A DNA stretch of 64,000 nucleotides, from assembly GCA_045837725.1 (NCBI GenBank), contig JBEWZL010000179.1, positions 372,001 through 436,000 of the forward strand, in the 5' to 3' direction. Each line of letters starts with the position of its first letter. Position 1 is the stretch's first letter. Below, piece by piece: positions 12,250 through 25,973 of the stretch. The stretch comes from Vermamoeba vermiformis (lineage: Eukaryota). Made by a program: the position numbers and the translations under genes. The notes under the pieces were generated by a model. That model searched no databases, had not been told where the DNA came from, and worked only from the letters and a program-made list of their open reading frames with translations.

Positions 12250-12644
12250 AGTGCGCGGATCCAACCGTCCAAAATCATGTAATATTTTAACTTGTGCCCG
12301 ATTAGCTTGATTATTAATTAATCTAGCTATATTGTTGTACATTGTAGTCGATGTTATTATTATGATAGTATCATTGTGAACTTGTATTATTAATAAATTT
12401 CTATCAACAACTTTTGAGCGAGTCAGAATCTTGTCCCGTCAATCTTTCTTTGCTAATGACGCGCACCAAGCATATTAATTTACCTTTTAGAAGCATGGTG
12501 ATTTTCATTCTTCGCAATGAAGAATTGACCAAAAAAGTTGGAAATTTCGGATGCAGAATTCAATTCTTCACCCCTCCATAAATTCAGTTCTTGGTTCAAT
12601 TTCATTAATTATATACTAACGAACAACACAAACACAACTCACTA

Positions 12645-13253
12645 ATGGCCAGTGATCAAACTCAACTCCAGCAAGTCGTGATCGAGAATAGCGAGGCGAA
12701 CACGTGGAGCGACTCGAAGAAAGAGTGGGATCTAGTGACCATTTTCAGCGAAAACAGTCATTGTATTTGCAATCACTTCATCGTAGACAATTGCGAGATT
12801 AAGAATCGACTCAACGGCAACACTTTGATCGTGGGCAACGTCTGCATCAACCACTTCGGAGAGGAGCACTTGAAAGTCGACAAAAACTGCTTCGAACAAT
12901 TGAAGAAGATAAAAGAAGACCCCACGAAGCTTGCTGGGAGGGAGCTTCTGCAGTTTGCTCGGAAGAACCAAATCTGGGATGATCGCGTGGACACTCTCTA
13001 TCAAAACATAGTCTGGCCTGCCGGTGTAGGGCGCAACAATCGAAACAAGCGCAGGGCCCTATCTCTTGCCCAATTGGAGGTGTTACAGAGCTTAAACCGC
13101 TTGCTCGTCCTTGGATGTTCGAAAGAACGGCCTCAATGTCCTGTTCATCATTGCAAAATGCGCCCAAAGCAAAGTCGGAAGACAAAAAAGCTCTTTTGGG
13201 GGTGCCCTAAGTACGGTACTGAACAGTGCAAGCACACTCAACCGGCGGTTTAG
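12645..13253 (+). CDS. Intronless 202-aa putative Zn-binding protein with a C-terminal GRF/topoisomerase-type zinc ribbon
   Basis: Clean ORF with an A-rich leader. N-terminal KKEW...CICNH...KNRLNGNTLIVGNVCINHF; C-terminal CPVH...KQSRKTKKLFWGCPKY...C. Confidence 0.75.
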   Translation: MASDQTQLQQVVIENSEANTWSDSKKEWDLVTIFSENSHCICNHFIVDNCEIKNRLNGNTLIVGNVCINHFGEEHLKVDKNCFEQLKKIKEDPTKLAGRELLQFARKNQIWDDRVDTLYQNIVWPAGVGRNNRNKRRALSLAQLEVLQSLNRLLVLGCSKERPQCPVHHCKMRPKQSRKTKKLFWGCPKYGTEQCKHTQPAV

Positions 13254-13474
13254 TTTGTAACGCCTCATCTGACAAAAAAAAGCGTTCCAGTTCTTTGTAC
13301 AATGCTCCATATAAATAAATCAATTCGTACTAGATAATGAACACAATTCTTGGTTACCATCTTACTGACGTCTCGCTCTGAGTGAAGTGCAACTGCAGCT
13401 CGCGCGACCGGTGCACAAAGATCCCTTTCTAAACTTTTGTAAGCAATCACGTAAGAAAAGAGAGAAATACCACA

Positions 13475-15289
13475 ATGGGTAATTCTGTAAGTAGACAGTG
13501 GCTCTATATTTCGTTCTACTGGTCAGATCGAGTGCAGAATTGGATAGTTTTTTAATTAATAATTTTCAATAGGAAAATTCAGGCTCTTCGCCTTCAGAAT
13601 ACGATGAAGAATGTGATATACTACCTATAGAAATTATTCAGCATATTTTCAGCTTCCTGCCAGCGCCAAATATAATTCAGCTAAGTAAGTTTTCAGTTCA
13701 TATTAACCCTGCATATTAAATGATATCAACACATAACTATTTATAGCGGGTATTTCACGTCGGTGGAGGCGTGCGGTGCTAGATCTGCAGGGATTGTTCC
13801 TGATCATCTCCGCAATGCCACAATTTCAACAGAAATACAACAAGCTCGACAAATTTATTAAATTTATGAAGACGCACGAGACTGGACGAAGATTATTAGC
13901 TCTATTTATGAGCCGATTTAAATTCGAGTTGACTGACTCGAAATTGACTGCTTTGACCAAGATCCCGAACCTTAGCGTCGAATATTTGGACTTATCTGAG
14001 TGCTATCAGGTATGATTATACGTTAATAATACTGCTATATTATCCACGAATGATTATTTGGCGATTTAAGAATTACCAGATTCGGATCTGACAAATTTTT
14101 TAGCTCACATCGTTTTCATTGGACAAAGTAGCAGCACGAATGACCAATTTGAAAGTATTAGTAATTAGTAGATCTAATCACGTGGGCCATGGACTGGCAG
14201 GTCACTCACATCCGCCAAAAATAGAACATTTTGCTTGTTTCTCGCGCATGACCTCGTTATTTGCATTGAAATTATTAGATTGCGTCTATTTGAATGCACA
14301 AGGCTTCGAGCACTTATTGAAGATGACGCAGTTAATATCACTAAGCTTATCGCATTGTCGCTACTTGCCAAACGACTCTTTGCAAAGAATTGGATCTGCA
14401 TTTCCTAATTTGGAAATTTTCAGCTTCTCGATGCTGCCAAACTTCGAATATACGATGGAATTTCTTACACGATTAACTAATTTGGTAATATCAAGCTCCT
14501 AAGCAATACCATAATTTTTTCTAACGTTGCGTGTGTAGCGAAGTTTGACATGTTCTCACGTGTCACTTGACATCTTTCAAGGTCTGTCAAAGTTGAGCAA
14601 TTTGCAGGTGTGTAGAATAATGTATTATAATATGTATCTTATTAATCTGATTAGTGCTTGCATTTGTACGCCCCTGCCAACTCAGCGATACTCACCGCTG
14701 ACTGTGAAACTTTCGCAAAGCTTACGCACCTCGAGTTATTCAGTTATGAAGTATACAAAGTACGTCATATATATATAATATTATGGTAATACTATTTATT
14801 GATTCGCGTTGTTGTAGCAAGAAAACATTGCGTACAATCCCGAGATCAAATTGTTAGAACACGTCAGCGTGCTAACCAACCTGAAATTTCTGCAAATACC
14901 AAAAGTATACTCGAGTGATATTGAACAGTGAGTATATTACATTTACTTATATACCAGACTAGTATTGACTTGCTCGATGTAGGCTGACTTCGTTAGTGCA
15001 ATTGCAGTACCTCAATATCTCAGGGCCAATAATCCACAAAGAATTGACAGCGTTACAAAAGCTAACTAATCTCAGAGCGGTAGAAATTCCTGGAAGAAAT
15101 GTACGCAAAGATTTGCAGCCGCTATTTGACGCTGTGCCGAGCTTGATGTGCATTGCCGACGAGAAGAGAGAAAACGCAAGACGAGAGAATTTAACAAGTA
15201 CTTATAGTGCCATTAGAGATGCGATTTATATGGAGCATTATTGGCGACCTGAACGGACACGGCTGTTGAAGGGCAAAAAATTGAAGTAG
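13475..15289 (+). CDS. F-box/leucine-rich-repeat protein with possible N-myristoylation (MGNS)
   Basis: 12-nt first coding exon ATGGGTAATTCT then GTAAGT. F-box LPIEIIQHIFSFLP...ISRRWR; LRR units such as VEYLDLSECYQL, LFALKLLDCVYL and LISLSLSHCRYL. Confidence 0.85.
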
Positions 15290-15314
15290 ATCCACTTCAC
15301 ACGAACGTCACTTT

Positions 15315-16962
15315 TTACAACAGCAGTACAACTAGCAAAATACAAACCAACGAAGAAAATATTGAAAGAGAACAAGACTGGCTGCTTTTTGTCATTGGTG
15401 GCATAGTGCTACTCAAGGGAGTATTTGGAGCTTGAGGCGTGCTTGTCAAAGTTGGTGCTGCAGAAGGGGTGTTGATCAAACTGCCGTTCCGAAGCATTGC
15501 TAGAGAATCAAAGACAGAGTTCAGCGATAGCTTTGCAACGGCGCTTTCAGTCATTAGTCCCAGCGTGCCTACCGACAGCGTACGTTAGTCATGATCTCTT
15601 AAAAGTGTCATGCAAAGATCTTACACAAAAACTCGGCAAACTCTGGTGTGTTGATGCCGTACTGCTGGGAGAAAAGATCACACTGTTCATTTGACCAATC
15701 ATTGAGCTGCACGATAGAAAAGCCCTTGCCTTGGGGTTCATTGGCCATTACTCGGAAAAAACTCTCAAAAAACAAGGCTTGTTTGGCTTGCGATGTGTTC
15801 AAGGTGCTGTTGGCAGAGTAGCCTACAAACCACATAAGTATTATTTTGTGACAAAAGGACGCACCTGAAGGGTAACCTATTTCAGTGAACAAGAAAAGCT
15901 TGTCGCCTAATGCAGATTTCATGACATCAAAAGCCGATCTGACAACATTCTCCGTGTGATCAGTGCCATAATCAGGTGGATAATAAGAGATCATGGCTAC
16001 ATCTGACAGGTCTACAAAGTCCTTCACAAACGCATACGTGGGGTTCTACGGCACAAAACAAGTCAGCGATCATTTCCTAAAAAGGAAATAATATCAATTT
16101 GTTATTACCTTTTCGTGGTAGCGCAACAGCCCTTCGTAAGTGATAACCACTCCAACAGCTATATTTGCATTATATTTTGTTTGAATATAGTCTTTTGCTG
16201 TCTTAACGAACTCCGCAAACGGTTTCTAAAGCAAGATCAGAATCAGACATTTAGCTGGATCCGCTACGTTACCTGCTGCTTCGGATTGCTTGCTAGATAA
16301 ACATCAATTTCGTTGCCTACAGCAATTGAAAATCCGCCAGCGGTAAGAAAAGGAAGAATAATGCGATCAATAGTCGTCTTAAAGGATTCAAAAATCGATG
16401 AATCGTTAAATAGCAAGCCATCGAGTAAAAGATTCTTATTTCCTGCTTGCACAAATTGACTCGGTAATTGGAGTTGCGTTGTATCGATTGTTTTTAGCAC
16501 CGTTACTGGCGGCTAAAAAAAAAATAGAATTAGATGCCAGCTCTGAACGGAGTAAAATACCACGCTATTTGTTGGATTAAAATTAATATAACTAGCTGTA
16601 CCATACCAGCTGTGCGTTCTTCAGAATGTCTAATAGAACTGATGCGTTGACTGTTCCATCATCAATTTGACTCCAAGGTAAAGATAATGAATAAATATTA
16701 GCCCCCGAAGTACTGAATTTGTTAAATTGTTCTTGGAATATTGCATTGGCCGTAGCGTCGCTGGATGAAGCGTAAACAATCCCTAAAAATGGCGCTTGAA
16801 CTTGCATGAGCGGAAGAGCCTGATAAATTAGTATTAACGTTAGTTTTATGTTATTATAAAATATTAATTCAATTCAGTTCAGTTAAAGCGAACCTTCGGA
16901 TCTGCGTCCGTTCTGAGCACTAACGTGCCTAGTAGAGCCAATAACACCAATGAGATATTCAT
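15315..16962 (-). CDS. Secreted, probably GPI-anchored clan GH-A glycoside hydrolase
   Basis: Signal peptide MNISLVLLALLGTLVL, IAVGNEID (acid/base NE), MISYYP, LFTEIGYPS (nucleophile E), S/T/P-rich stalk and hydrophobic C-terminus. Confidence 0.72.
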
Positions 16963-17133
16963 GAACAAATTAACAACTTATTATTAAATATCGACCGTGT
17001 TCTTGCCTCGAGACAAAGCAATAAAATTTTAAGTGACTTTTTGTCGCCTTCAAAGCACGACATTAAATCTGGTCAATGCACTGTTAGCCTAGAGCCTGTA
17101 TTATTCGAATGAGGTTTATTAATATTAACAGAT

Positions 17134-19403
17134 TTAGTGTCGCCATATTTTCAAAATTCTGTCTTTCGAGCCAGATGCCACTCGTTGACCGTCAGGACTC
17201 CAATCTACCGTGTAAATCTAACAAAATTGTTAATACAAATACATTATATTATTATGACCAATAGAACAGCTTTAGACTCGGTTCTACGGATCCGATCTAC
17301 ATCCACTTACCTCATCCGCGTGGCCCGGCAATTGATTAATAACTTTTTGTTGTTTAACGCTCCACACTTTCAAAGTCGAGTCTTTTGAGCCACTAGCAAT
17401 CAAGCGTGAATCACTGGACCAGGTGACTTGATACACTTCTCCAATGTGTCCTCTGAAGGTGCCCAAATACCTAATGAAAATATCCTGTTAATACACAAAA
17501 AGCATATATATATAATTAGTACTGTTTTGTCTTACTTTCCGCTCGAGTTCCACAACTTCAAATTTTTATCGAATGAAGCGGATGCGATCAGAGTACCGTC
17601 CGGTGAGAATTGAGCGACGTTAATAGGCTTGCCGTGACCAGTCATGCGCAACAAAGGCTGCTTCTTCTCCGCAGGTTCCCACAAATACATCGTAAAGTCA
17701 TCAGATCCAGACACTAATTTTTCAGGACCTTTGCCTTTGACTTGTTCCCATCGCTCTTGTGCTTTCTTTTGAGCTAATACACAATGTCAGTTATTTGACA
17801 CGTGTCAACGAGTGTTGCAAATCATCGCGCGTACCTTCAGCAGGATCATCGTATCGTTTGCCAGTGTGATCGAAGGCACCTGTTCGCAGCACATAATCTG
17901 TGTTCAATGACAACGTGTTGACCCAATGTGCATGGCCTAAATACGACGTCACGAGAGTTAATAATGACGTAATTATTTCCTTTTTTGGCAATTACTAACC
18001 TGTCAGAGTTCGCACCAACTTGCCGTCCTTGTCAGACCAAACTTTAATGGTTCTGTCTTGACTCGCTGTGTAAATCAATCCTTCACCTCCCCATCTGACA
18101 ACACATTAGTACTAATATATTAATATACTATTATGTTAGCTTACTTGACTTGTGTAATAGATGCGGAGTGTCCGCCGAGAGTGAACAAACAAGTTTTCTT
18201 AGTCACGTCCCATACTTTAGCTGTACCGTCCTTTGACGCTGAAACCATTCTTACGCAAGTAGGGTTCCTATAATTAACCATTATTAATGCATTGTTTCAA
18301 TTAACAAATGTTTCTCGTGAAAAAATCGTTGTGAGAGTGCGTGTTTGCACGTCATTAACATTGCATAATTTTATGTAGTATTATTATCATTGCTATATAT
18401 AGTATGAAGGTGCCGAGTATAGTATACTATTCTATATTTACCTATGAACGGGCTCCCAATCGAGACTAGTAATATAGTTCTTGTGGCCGCGAAGTTCAGT
18501 GAAGAGTTCACCAGTTTCGCCTTCCCAAATACAAATCACTCTGTCCATACCTCCTGACGCTAATTTGCTGCAATCAGGGGCCCACTTCACGCACAACACC
18601 CAGTTTGTGTGATGTTTGCATTCCTAAATGAAATTATGGCGTGATTAGATCGAGCCACGCTAAGAGCTAAAATGGTATTAAATAATGAATTACCTTATAA
18701 GGAGTTTCAGTATCGGTGTCCCAAAGTCTAATTGTGGTGTCTCCTGAGCCCGATGCAAGTTTGCTGCCATCAGGACTGAAATTAACTGACAAGATCGCTT
18801 CAGTGTGGCCTAATGGTATTGAAATGAATATTAAAAATTATGTCGCTTAAGGAAAATATTAAAAATAATTATTTGAATCATTTTAAATGATTCGATTTTT
18901 GATCGCGATCCAAGCAAGAAAAAATACACGTAATAATTTTAATAATTAAGATTCGTACCAGGCAATGAACTCGTGCATCTAGTGACAGCTCTGACTCTAA
19001 ATATAGCTTGTGGTTGATAAACGACTTTCAAAACGTCTTCCTCATCTTGTTTGCCGAGGGCTTGAAGAGTTTGATGTAAGTTTGCAACAATTTCTTCTTC
19101 ATGAACGAAGAATGAATATGGTAGTTCTTCTTCCTATAATATTAATTATTAATTTTAAATATTATTTGGTTGGATTTGAAATTCGCATCGCGATCGGATT
19201 TGATCTTTGACGCTTTATATGATCGTCGCTATAATTGTCGTAATTAAATTACGTACATTTTTAAGAATATGCTCGTTTAATAAGGTGTGGAGTTGTTCGA
19301 CTGATATATCCAGCGGGATGGCCATTTGAGGACCTGTAGCCTCGCCATCTGTAGTATAAAATCGAGCAATAATAGTTTTATCTTGAACGTCAGAGTCTGC
19401 CAT
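17134..19403 (-). CDS. NLE1: Notchless/Rsa4 WD40 ribosome-assembly factor
   Basis: N-terminal NLE domain, [70 protein letters not shown] and C-terminal RILKIWRH. Confidence 0.97.
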
Positions 19404-19587
19404 GGTGTTCTATGTATAAAACGTATTTGACAATAAAAATCAGTTCGAGATCGAAGACGAATTTTCACCAGCCAAAAAAAACACGTTCACACAGTATTGG
19501 TGACGTGGTGGAATTACTAATCATTTTAGTATTGAAGATACGACGTTCAAGAGCACAAACGAGCCCAAATAATCTCATTTATTTGAG

Positions 19588-20922
19588 ATGTTTAAATCGT
19601 TGTTCTTGATCTGCGTGATCTTGGCCGTAGCTATTTACATTCCAAGGTTTTTAGCCTACGAAAATACGATAAAAAATAGCAGGACGCTATGGAATATTGT
19701 AATGGTCTCAGATATGGACAAGAAGTCGAAAGAACCTGAAAAAGGGCACTGGTTTAGCCACATCCAGGTACGTTTTTTTTATACGCCCTTTTTTCAATTT
19801 AATTTACTGAATAATAAAATATGGCATCAATATAATATTATATTATATTATTTTTAGCTCGGATCTCTCAACCGCCATCCAAACGGATCTTTCACGCTCT
19901 CTTTAACGAGCCAAATGAACATTACATCGTTACATTCATTTAAAGGCCGTTCTATGGAGCTCAGTGATATTATTTATTGGAACAACAAGCTCTATGCTGT
20001 TTGTGATTCGACGGGATTGGTAATTAATTTTAAATATTTTGAAACGGATCTGTCCGTGCTGATTTTATCTTTACTTAGGTTTACGAAATAGATATTAATA
20101 GGAAAAAGGCATATCCTAGACACGTATTAGTAGATGGAGACGATTATCAAGACAAAATGTTCAAAGTAAGATCCGATCAGCTGGGTACATCCGATCTAAT
20201 TTCAATTGCAGGCCGAATGGATGACTATTAAGGACAATAAGCTTGTTTTAGGCTCAATAGGCAAAGAATGGATCGCTCCTAGTGGTGTAAGATCTCAGCT
20301 TTGCGAAAAAAAATTCGGATCGGATCCTTACCACGATCTTTTCTAAATTAGGAAAACATCCACAGCAACGCAGAATTTATCAAAGTTATTTCACCTGAAG
20401 GGTCCGTTCAAAGCGTAAATTGGACCAATAATTACTACGCGCTAAGACGCGTTGCCGGTGCAGAGTTTCCTGGCTACTTGATCCACGAAGGAGCCGCTTG
20501 GAACCAAGGTATATTACTCGGAGTAGTTTATATTATTATCGTTGATATAAGAGAATCATAAATCTAACGTTGAAATCGATGCAGATCAGAAGTCTTGGTA
20601 CTTTTTGCCGCGCAAGAGAAGTTTGATTCCTTACACCGAGAAAGACGATGAAAAACAAAGCACGAATATTCTACTAATAGCTAATGAAGATTTTTCGAAT
20701 ATTGAAATGACGACTATTGGAGAGCTGGATGTACTTTACGGATTCACTTCGCTGAAATTCATTCCAGGAACTGATTTGATGATTGCTACTCGCGTTAAAG
20801 AATTCGAGGATCAAATAGAGAGCTATGTAGGAGTATTTGACCGACAAGGCAAGTTCTATTCAGAGCCGCAGTGGATCAAGATCTCAAGTCAGTACAAATA
20901 CGAAGGAATTGAAGTTATGTAA
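19588..20922 (+). CDS. Calcium-activated nucleotidase/apyrase (CANT1/Cimex type)
   Basis: N-terminal anchor, SDMDKKS, GRSMELS, FKAEWMTIKD...GSIGKEW, GYLIHE, WYFLPR, GFTSLKFIPG and KYEGIE. Confidence 0.92.
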
Positions 20923-21607
20923 CCCTAATATGTATAATATTGTTAATAATGAATAGCGTTGCTACGTACTCAGCAATTCGCTCTTTTGTTTGAAATTCAT
21001 TCAATTACCTACTACTTGGCCGATGATTGGCTAATTTGACTGCGTTGCCTAATTCTGTAAAGTTATTACATAGCATCACACGAACCCTCCTATTGGTGAA
21101 ATGATTTTGGCGCATCAAGTTTCAAATGAATTCGTGTGCATTGCAGTACGCGTTCATAATACGCAGCAGAAGAAAATGTACCGTAATACGTAAATTCACT
21201 AAGAATATAAGTCTTATTTTTAAGTTTTAATTCTATCTATCTGTATGCTCGCCAGTCAACGCCGCGTCGCACTCTACGCGTGGAGCAACAAGATTGTGCC
21301 GCGTGCAGGTGCACAATGAAGATAAACTGCTTCTTGGTAGGGGCATTTACTATGTATCCATTTTTGCACACGAACAAGTGTAATATCCATTCTTCCCTGT
21401 CATACTATAAGTAATGTCCCATGCGACTGTAGTGCTGAGCGGTGATGGCCGAGATACGTTGTGTTTCGTACTTAAAAAGGATCCGTTGGACTTTGAAACA
21501 ATGCACTTGGGACGAGTACTTTTCGAAGCCAGTGTCAATTAATATATTATAGCTGCCGTACCCTCGGTTGAAGTATTATTAATACGAGGCTCTCGACTGA
21601 CACTTCA

Positions 21608-22532
21608 CTACTGCCATTCAACGCCCACGGATAAAGCAGCGTCCCATACAATGCCCTTTGTATCAGCATTGCCTGTATTAATAATTAGCGAAAATTAATT
21701 CCTAGAATAATAATAATATATAATATCCTCATTTTTACACGCACCTGGTGCACGTTTCCACATCAAGTTGAGCCAGCCTTTACGTTCACCATCGAATGGT
21801 ACTTCAGCTTCAATAGACGCCTTAAAAGTATTAGGGACACCAAACTTGGATGTTTTAACGCGTGGTGCAGTGCGTATTGTCACTGGACAATTGTGCAGTC
21901 GGAAAAATCGGATGTAGTCGTTGTATGAATTTGTCTCGTCGAATCCGATTTTCTTCCACTCGCTAACAATAAATTGCATATTATTAAATAATTAAGTACT
22001 GATTAATATTAACTTAGTGGTGACGGAGTACTTACTCTGGAGTTTTGAAGATGCGCGCTATAATGGGCTTGGTATCGTTGCCACGAAGCAGGAAAGCACC
22101 ACCATTAGCGCGTGCATCGACTTCAATATTCAAGTCTTCATCACAATACTGATACGTGTTATAAATAGCGCAAGATTCAGCCCAAGTGTGTTTTCCAAGG
22201 TAAAATCCGTTTTGTAAAGGAAACAAAATCAACGGCTCTGCATTGAAACGTCAGATATATTAATAATAATTTAGAATCAATATTTATCGCTTACTGATAA
22301 AGCCTAGCCGTTTCCATGAGGTGGTGTCAGTTTTTAAAAATTGAATTTCTTCGTTTGAATATTTCTCGAGGCACTTTTGCTTCCAAATATCACCATTATC
22401 ATCACTAATATTTTTAAATAATTTAGACACCCTTGGAATTGATATAGCGAGTGTTGAGTCTTCACAAAACGAAAGGATGAGCTTATACAACTCTATTGGG
22501 AGCTCTACTTCTTGTTTTGCATTGCTTTCCAT
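21608..22532 (-). CDS. F-box protein with an unrecognised C-terminal domain, 4 exons
   Basis: ELPIELYKLILSFC...IPRVSKLFKNISDDNGDIWKQKC...SWK is an F-box plus typical linker. Downstream exons splice in frame to ...LSVGVEWQ*. Confidence 0.7.
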
Positions 22533-22792
22533 TACACTATAGTAAGTAATATTAAAAATAAACCGTGTTCTCGTCGAGACGTGTAAAAAAATTTTAAACC
22601 CAGAAACAGCTCGAAAGTCAAGCAATGTCCTTCCAAACGGTAATTGCTAAATACTATATTGATATATGATTCAGTTTTTGTTAGCGGTTTGGATTGAAAA
22701 CATTTCCACCTTAATTTGTTTGTTTTTTTTTTTTTTTGATTTTCAGCGTTAAATCGCGCTATTTATTAAACTTTTAACAAAATGGACATAAA

Positions 22793-25700
22793 TTACTTTT
22801 GCAACTGTCGGTTCACTACAAATAATAACAAAATGTTAGATATTGACTGATTGGTACTTTAAGCCTCTAACACTACTTACCCAACTTCTTATAGACACCG
22901 TCGCGTGCAATGAGATCGTTGTGATTGCCGCGCTCAACGACACGACCTTTGTGGATGACAATCACTTCATCGGCATTCTGCACCGTGCTCAAGCGATGCG
23001 CAATGATGAGCACTGATCGCTTGTCAGAGGTCTTTAATAAATTGTCAATAGCTTCTTTAACCGCCCATTCTGACTCTGCATCCAACGCGGATGTGGCTTC
23101 GTCCAACAATAATACTCGAGGGTCTGAAAATGGCAATTAGTTTATATTATTATCATACACTATGGTATATACTCACTTCTAATAAGAGCTCTAGCAATAG
23201 CAATGCGTTGTTTTTGACCGCCTGACAATCGAACACCGCGCTCACCAACAATCGTCTGATAACCATCAGGGAAGGCTGTAATGAACTCGTGCGCATTAGC
23301 CATCTTAGCGGCCTCTATAATAATATAATATTATTAATTTCAAGTCATATTTGCAAATTAGGATTGACCGTACCAATAACGCGCAACATTTTTTCCTGCT
23401 CAGATCCGAACTCTTGGTCATCGATAGCATACGCAATATCTATATGAATCATATTAATACAATACGTAGTCGGCAAGAAGATGATATTTTACGTACTTTC
23501 AGCGATAGTTCTAGCGAACAAAGACGGCTCTTGGTTGACAATTGCAACGTGTTTGTGCAAAAATCGTGGATCAATGTCCTTCAAGTTATTTTTGTCTAGT
23601 ATAATAGCACATTAGTATACTACACATAATTATACCCATGAGCCGCTTACCGAGCGTTATCTTGCCCGAATCAGGATAATAAAATCCTTCGATCAAACTG
23701 ACCACGGTACTCTTGCCACCACCGCTAGGACCGACCTAAATTAGGAAATATTGATTAGAAATTTCTCTCCAAGATAAATATCTATAATTATCAACGTTTA
23801 AAATCCACATTCGTTGGGTTCGGAATAGAAAAACAAATATAAATTTTGTGGGGTTTCCTTTTTTATACTTACCAGGGCCACAACTTTGCCAGGGTGCAAC
23901 TCCAACGAGACATCACGCAAGACAGTGACGTCAGGTCGTGCAGGATATGAAAAGCTAACGTTATCGACCTTGACATTGCCCAACACTTCGTACAAATGCA
24001 GTCCTCCCTTGGCACGCACAGCTGGCTCGCGTTCAATCAATTCAAACACGCGTTGTGTCGCACCAACTGCTTTCATGAAATCTCCGAACAAACTTGTCAA
24101 TGTGCCGAATGACACACCGATGTTCAGCGTGTAGATCAAAAACGAAGTCAAGCCACCTGTAAAAAATAAAACCCATCAGGAATGTAACTAAATTGCAAGA
24201 AAAAATAATATCAATATTATAGCCTAATTAGGCAAACAATATGTTGTCAACTTGGTTTTAAATATTAAAAACAACTGTTTATATGAAATTTATACGTACC
24301 AACAGTAAGTTCCTTATTGACCACCATTTTGCTACCAAAATATAACACGCCACAAGTACCCAAATTGATGATAAATAAAAATACCGACTACAACAGAAAA
24401 AAAAAAATTAGAATTACTGCGTCAAAAATAAATGCAGTACTTATACTTACGGAAAATATAGATAGCGAATAAGCTCGCTTTTTTGCTAACGCGAATGCAG
24501 CCCATACTTCAGTGTCGTAATTCTTTTTTTCGAATTTTTCTGACGAGAATGCTCGCACAATTCGAACGTTTGAAAATGATTCTTCAGCGACAACATTGGC
24601 CTATATAATTATATTAGCTTATTATTGATATTATTTAATTATTAAAACTACGTACATGTGCAATCTTGTCTTGAAATTGAGTTGAAATTGTTTTGATGAA
24701 TTTTCCGTAGATCCACGCACCTGTAACCAAACGATTAATCCCTATAACCATATTTAGAAAATAATATATACGGACCTGCTCCAGCAAAAGGTAATACAGC
24801 GAGCATGATTAGAGTCAATTTCCAGCTCATTGCGAAGATGACAATAATGCCACCAACAGCTCCGATCAATGATCGTAAAAACATGCTAATATTTACAGTA
24901 ACTGCATCTTGAATGACCGTCTAAAATAGGATCTTATTAGCTTTACCGGTACTTACGTACGATCAGATCGTAAATTAATTTTCTTAGTTATTTGTTATTA
25001 CGTACGCAATCAGAGGATAATCTGCTGGTTAATTCTCCCGTGCGATTTTTGTCAAAAAAAGCAACTTCTTGTGACAAAATAGCCTTAAATAATCGACCTC
25101 TAAGTCGCGTGACAACCCGTTCACCTGTCAAATGAGTTTGTAATATTAATAATTACGCTTAACGAAGAGAATGCGCGCTATTATTAATTTACCTGCGATG
25201 GTGAATAAAGTGAAACGGATAAAGGTGAAGATCGCGACGACAGCAAAAAAAATGAACAAATAAAGGATAGCTTGCGTGATATTCGACTAAAATTATAATG
25301 ATGAGTTAGTATATGATCAATAGTGCATATTAATATCAAATCAAGTGGTCTGGCTTTGGGTTTAGTGAACTTACCATTTCATCTGTGAAGATCGAATCTA
25401 TCAAGTTTCCAATAGTCGACGGAACGATCAAATTAGCGGCAGTAGCGATAATGAGTGATAAAGTACCAATTGTAATGAACAACCGCTCCTCTTTTGCAAG
25501 CTGGAAAAGCGGAGTTAACGGAGAACTCGATCCGTGATTTCAAATAAAATATTACCCCTGCTAGGCGTTGCAAATCTGTTCGGGAAAACTTTGGCTCTGG
25601 TTTAGGAGCCTCGATTCCGTTGGCCTAATATTTTTCAAAAATTATTAGACTGGATCTTGCGATTTTCAGGAAATTGACTGTCAACTTTGTTTGCGTGCCT

Positions 25701-25834
25701 TTGTCTTAATTTTTAAATACCTTATTGTCACTCAGCAATGCAGTTTTCTCGTTGAAGGTCTTAGGCTCCTCCGTTTCGATCTCCAGAGCAAGATCGTCCT
25801 CCAGATCCTTGTCGGTAATAGGCTTGTACGCCAT
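22793..25834 (-). CDS. ABCB half-transporter (TAP/ABCB9/plant ABCB27-like)
   Basis: [45 protein letters not shown], Walker [47 protein letters not shown] and IAHRLSTV. Confidence 0.95.
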
Positions 25835-25973
25835 TCTTTAATAAATATAGCTATAGTCGTGAAAGCACTTGCTGCTTCCTCGATCAATTTTGTTAAAGAA
25901 AGCAACCGTTATTTTTTTTCGTATTTACAGTTTATTTACATGTTCGTATGATGACAAAGTATGACACACAATC

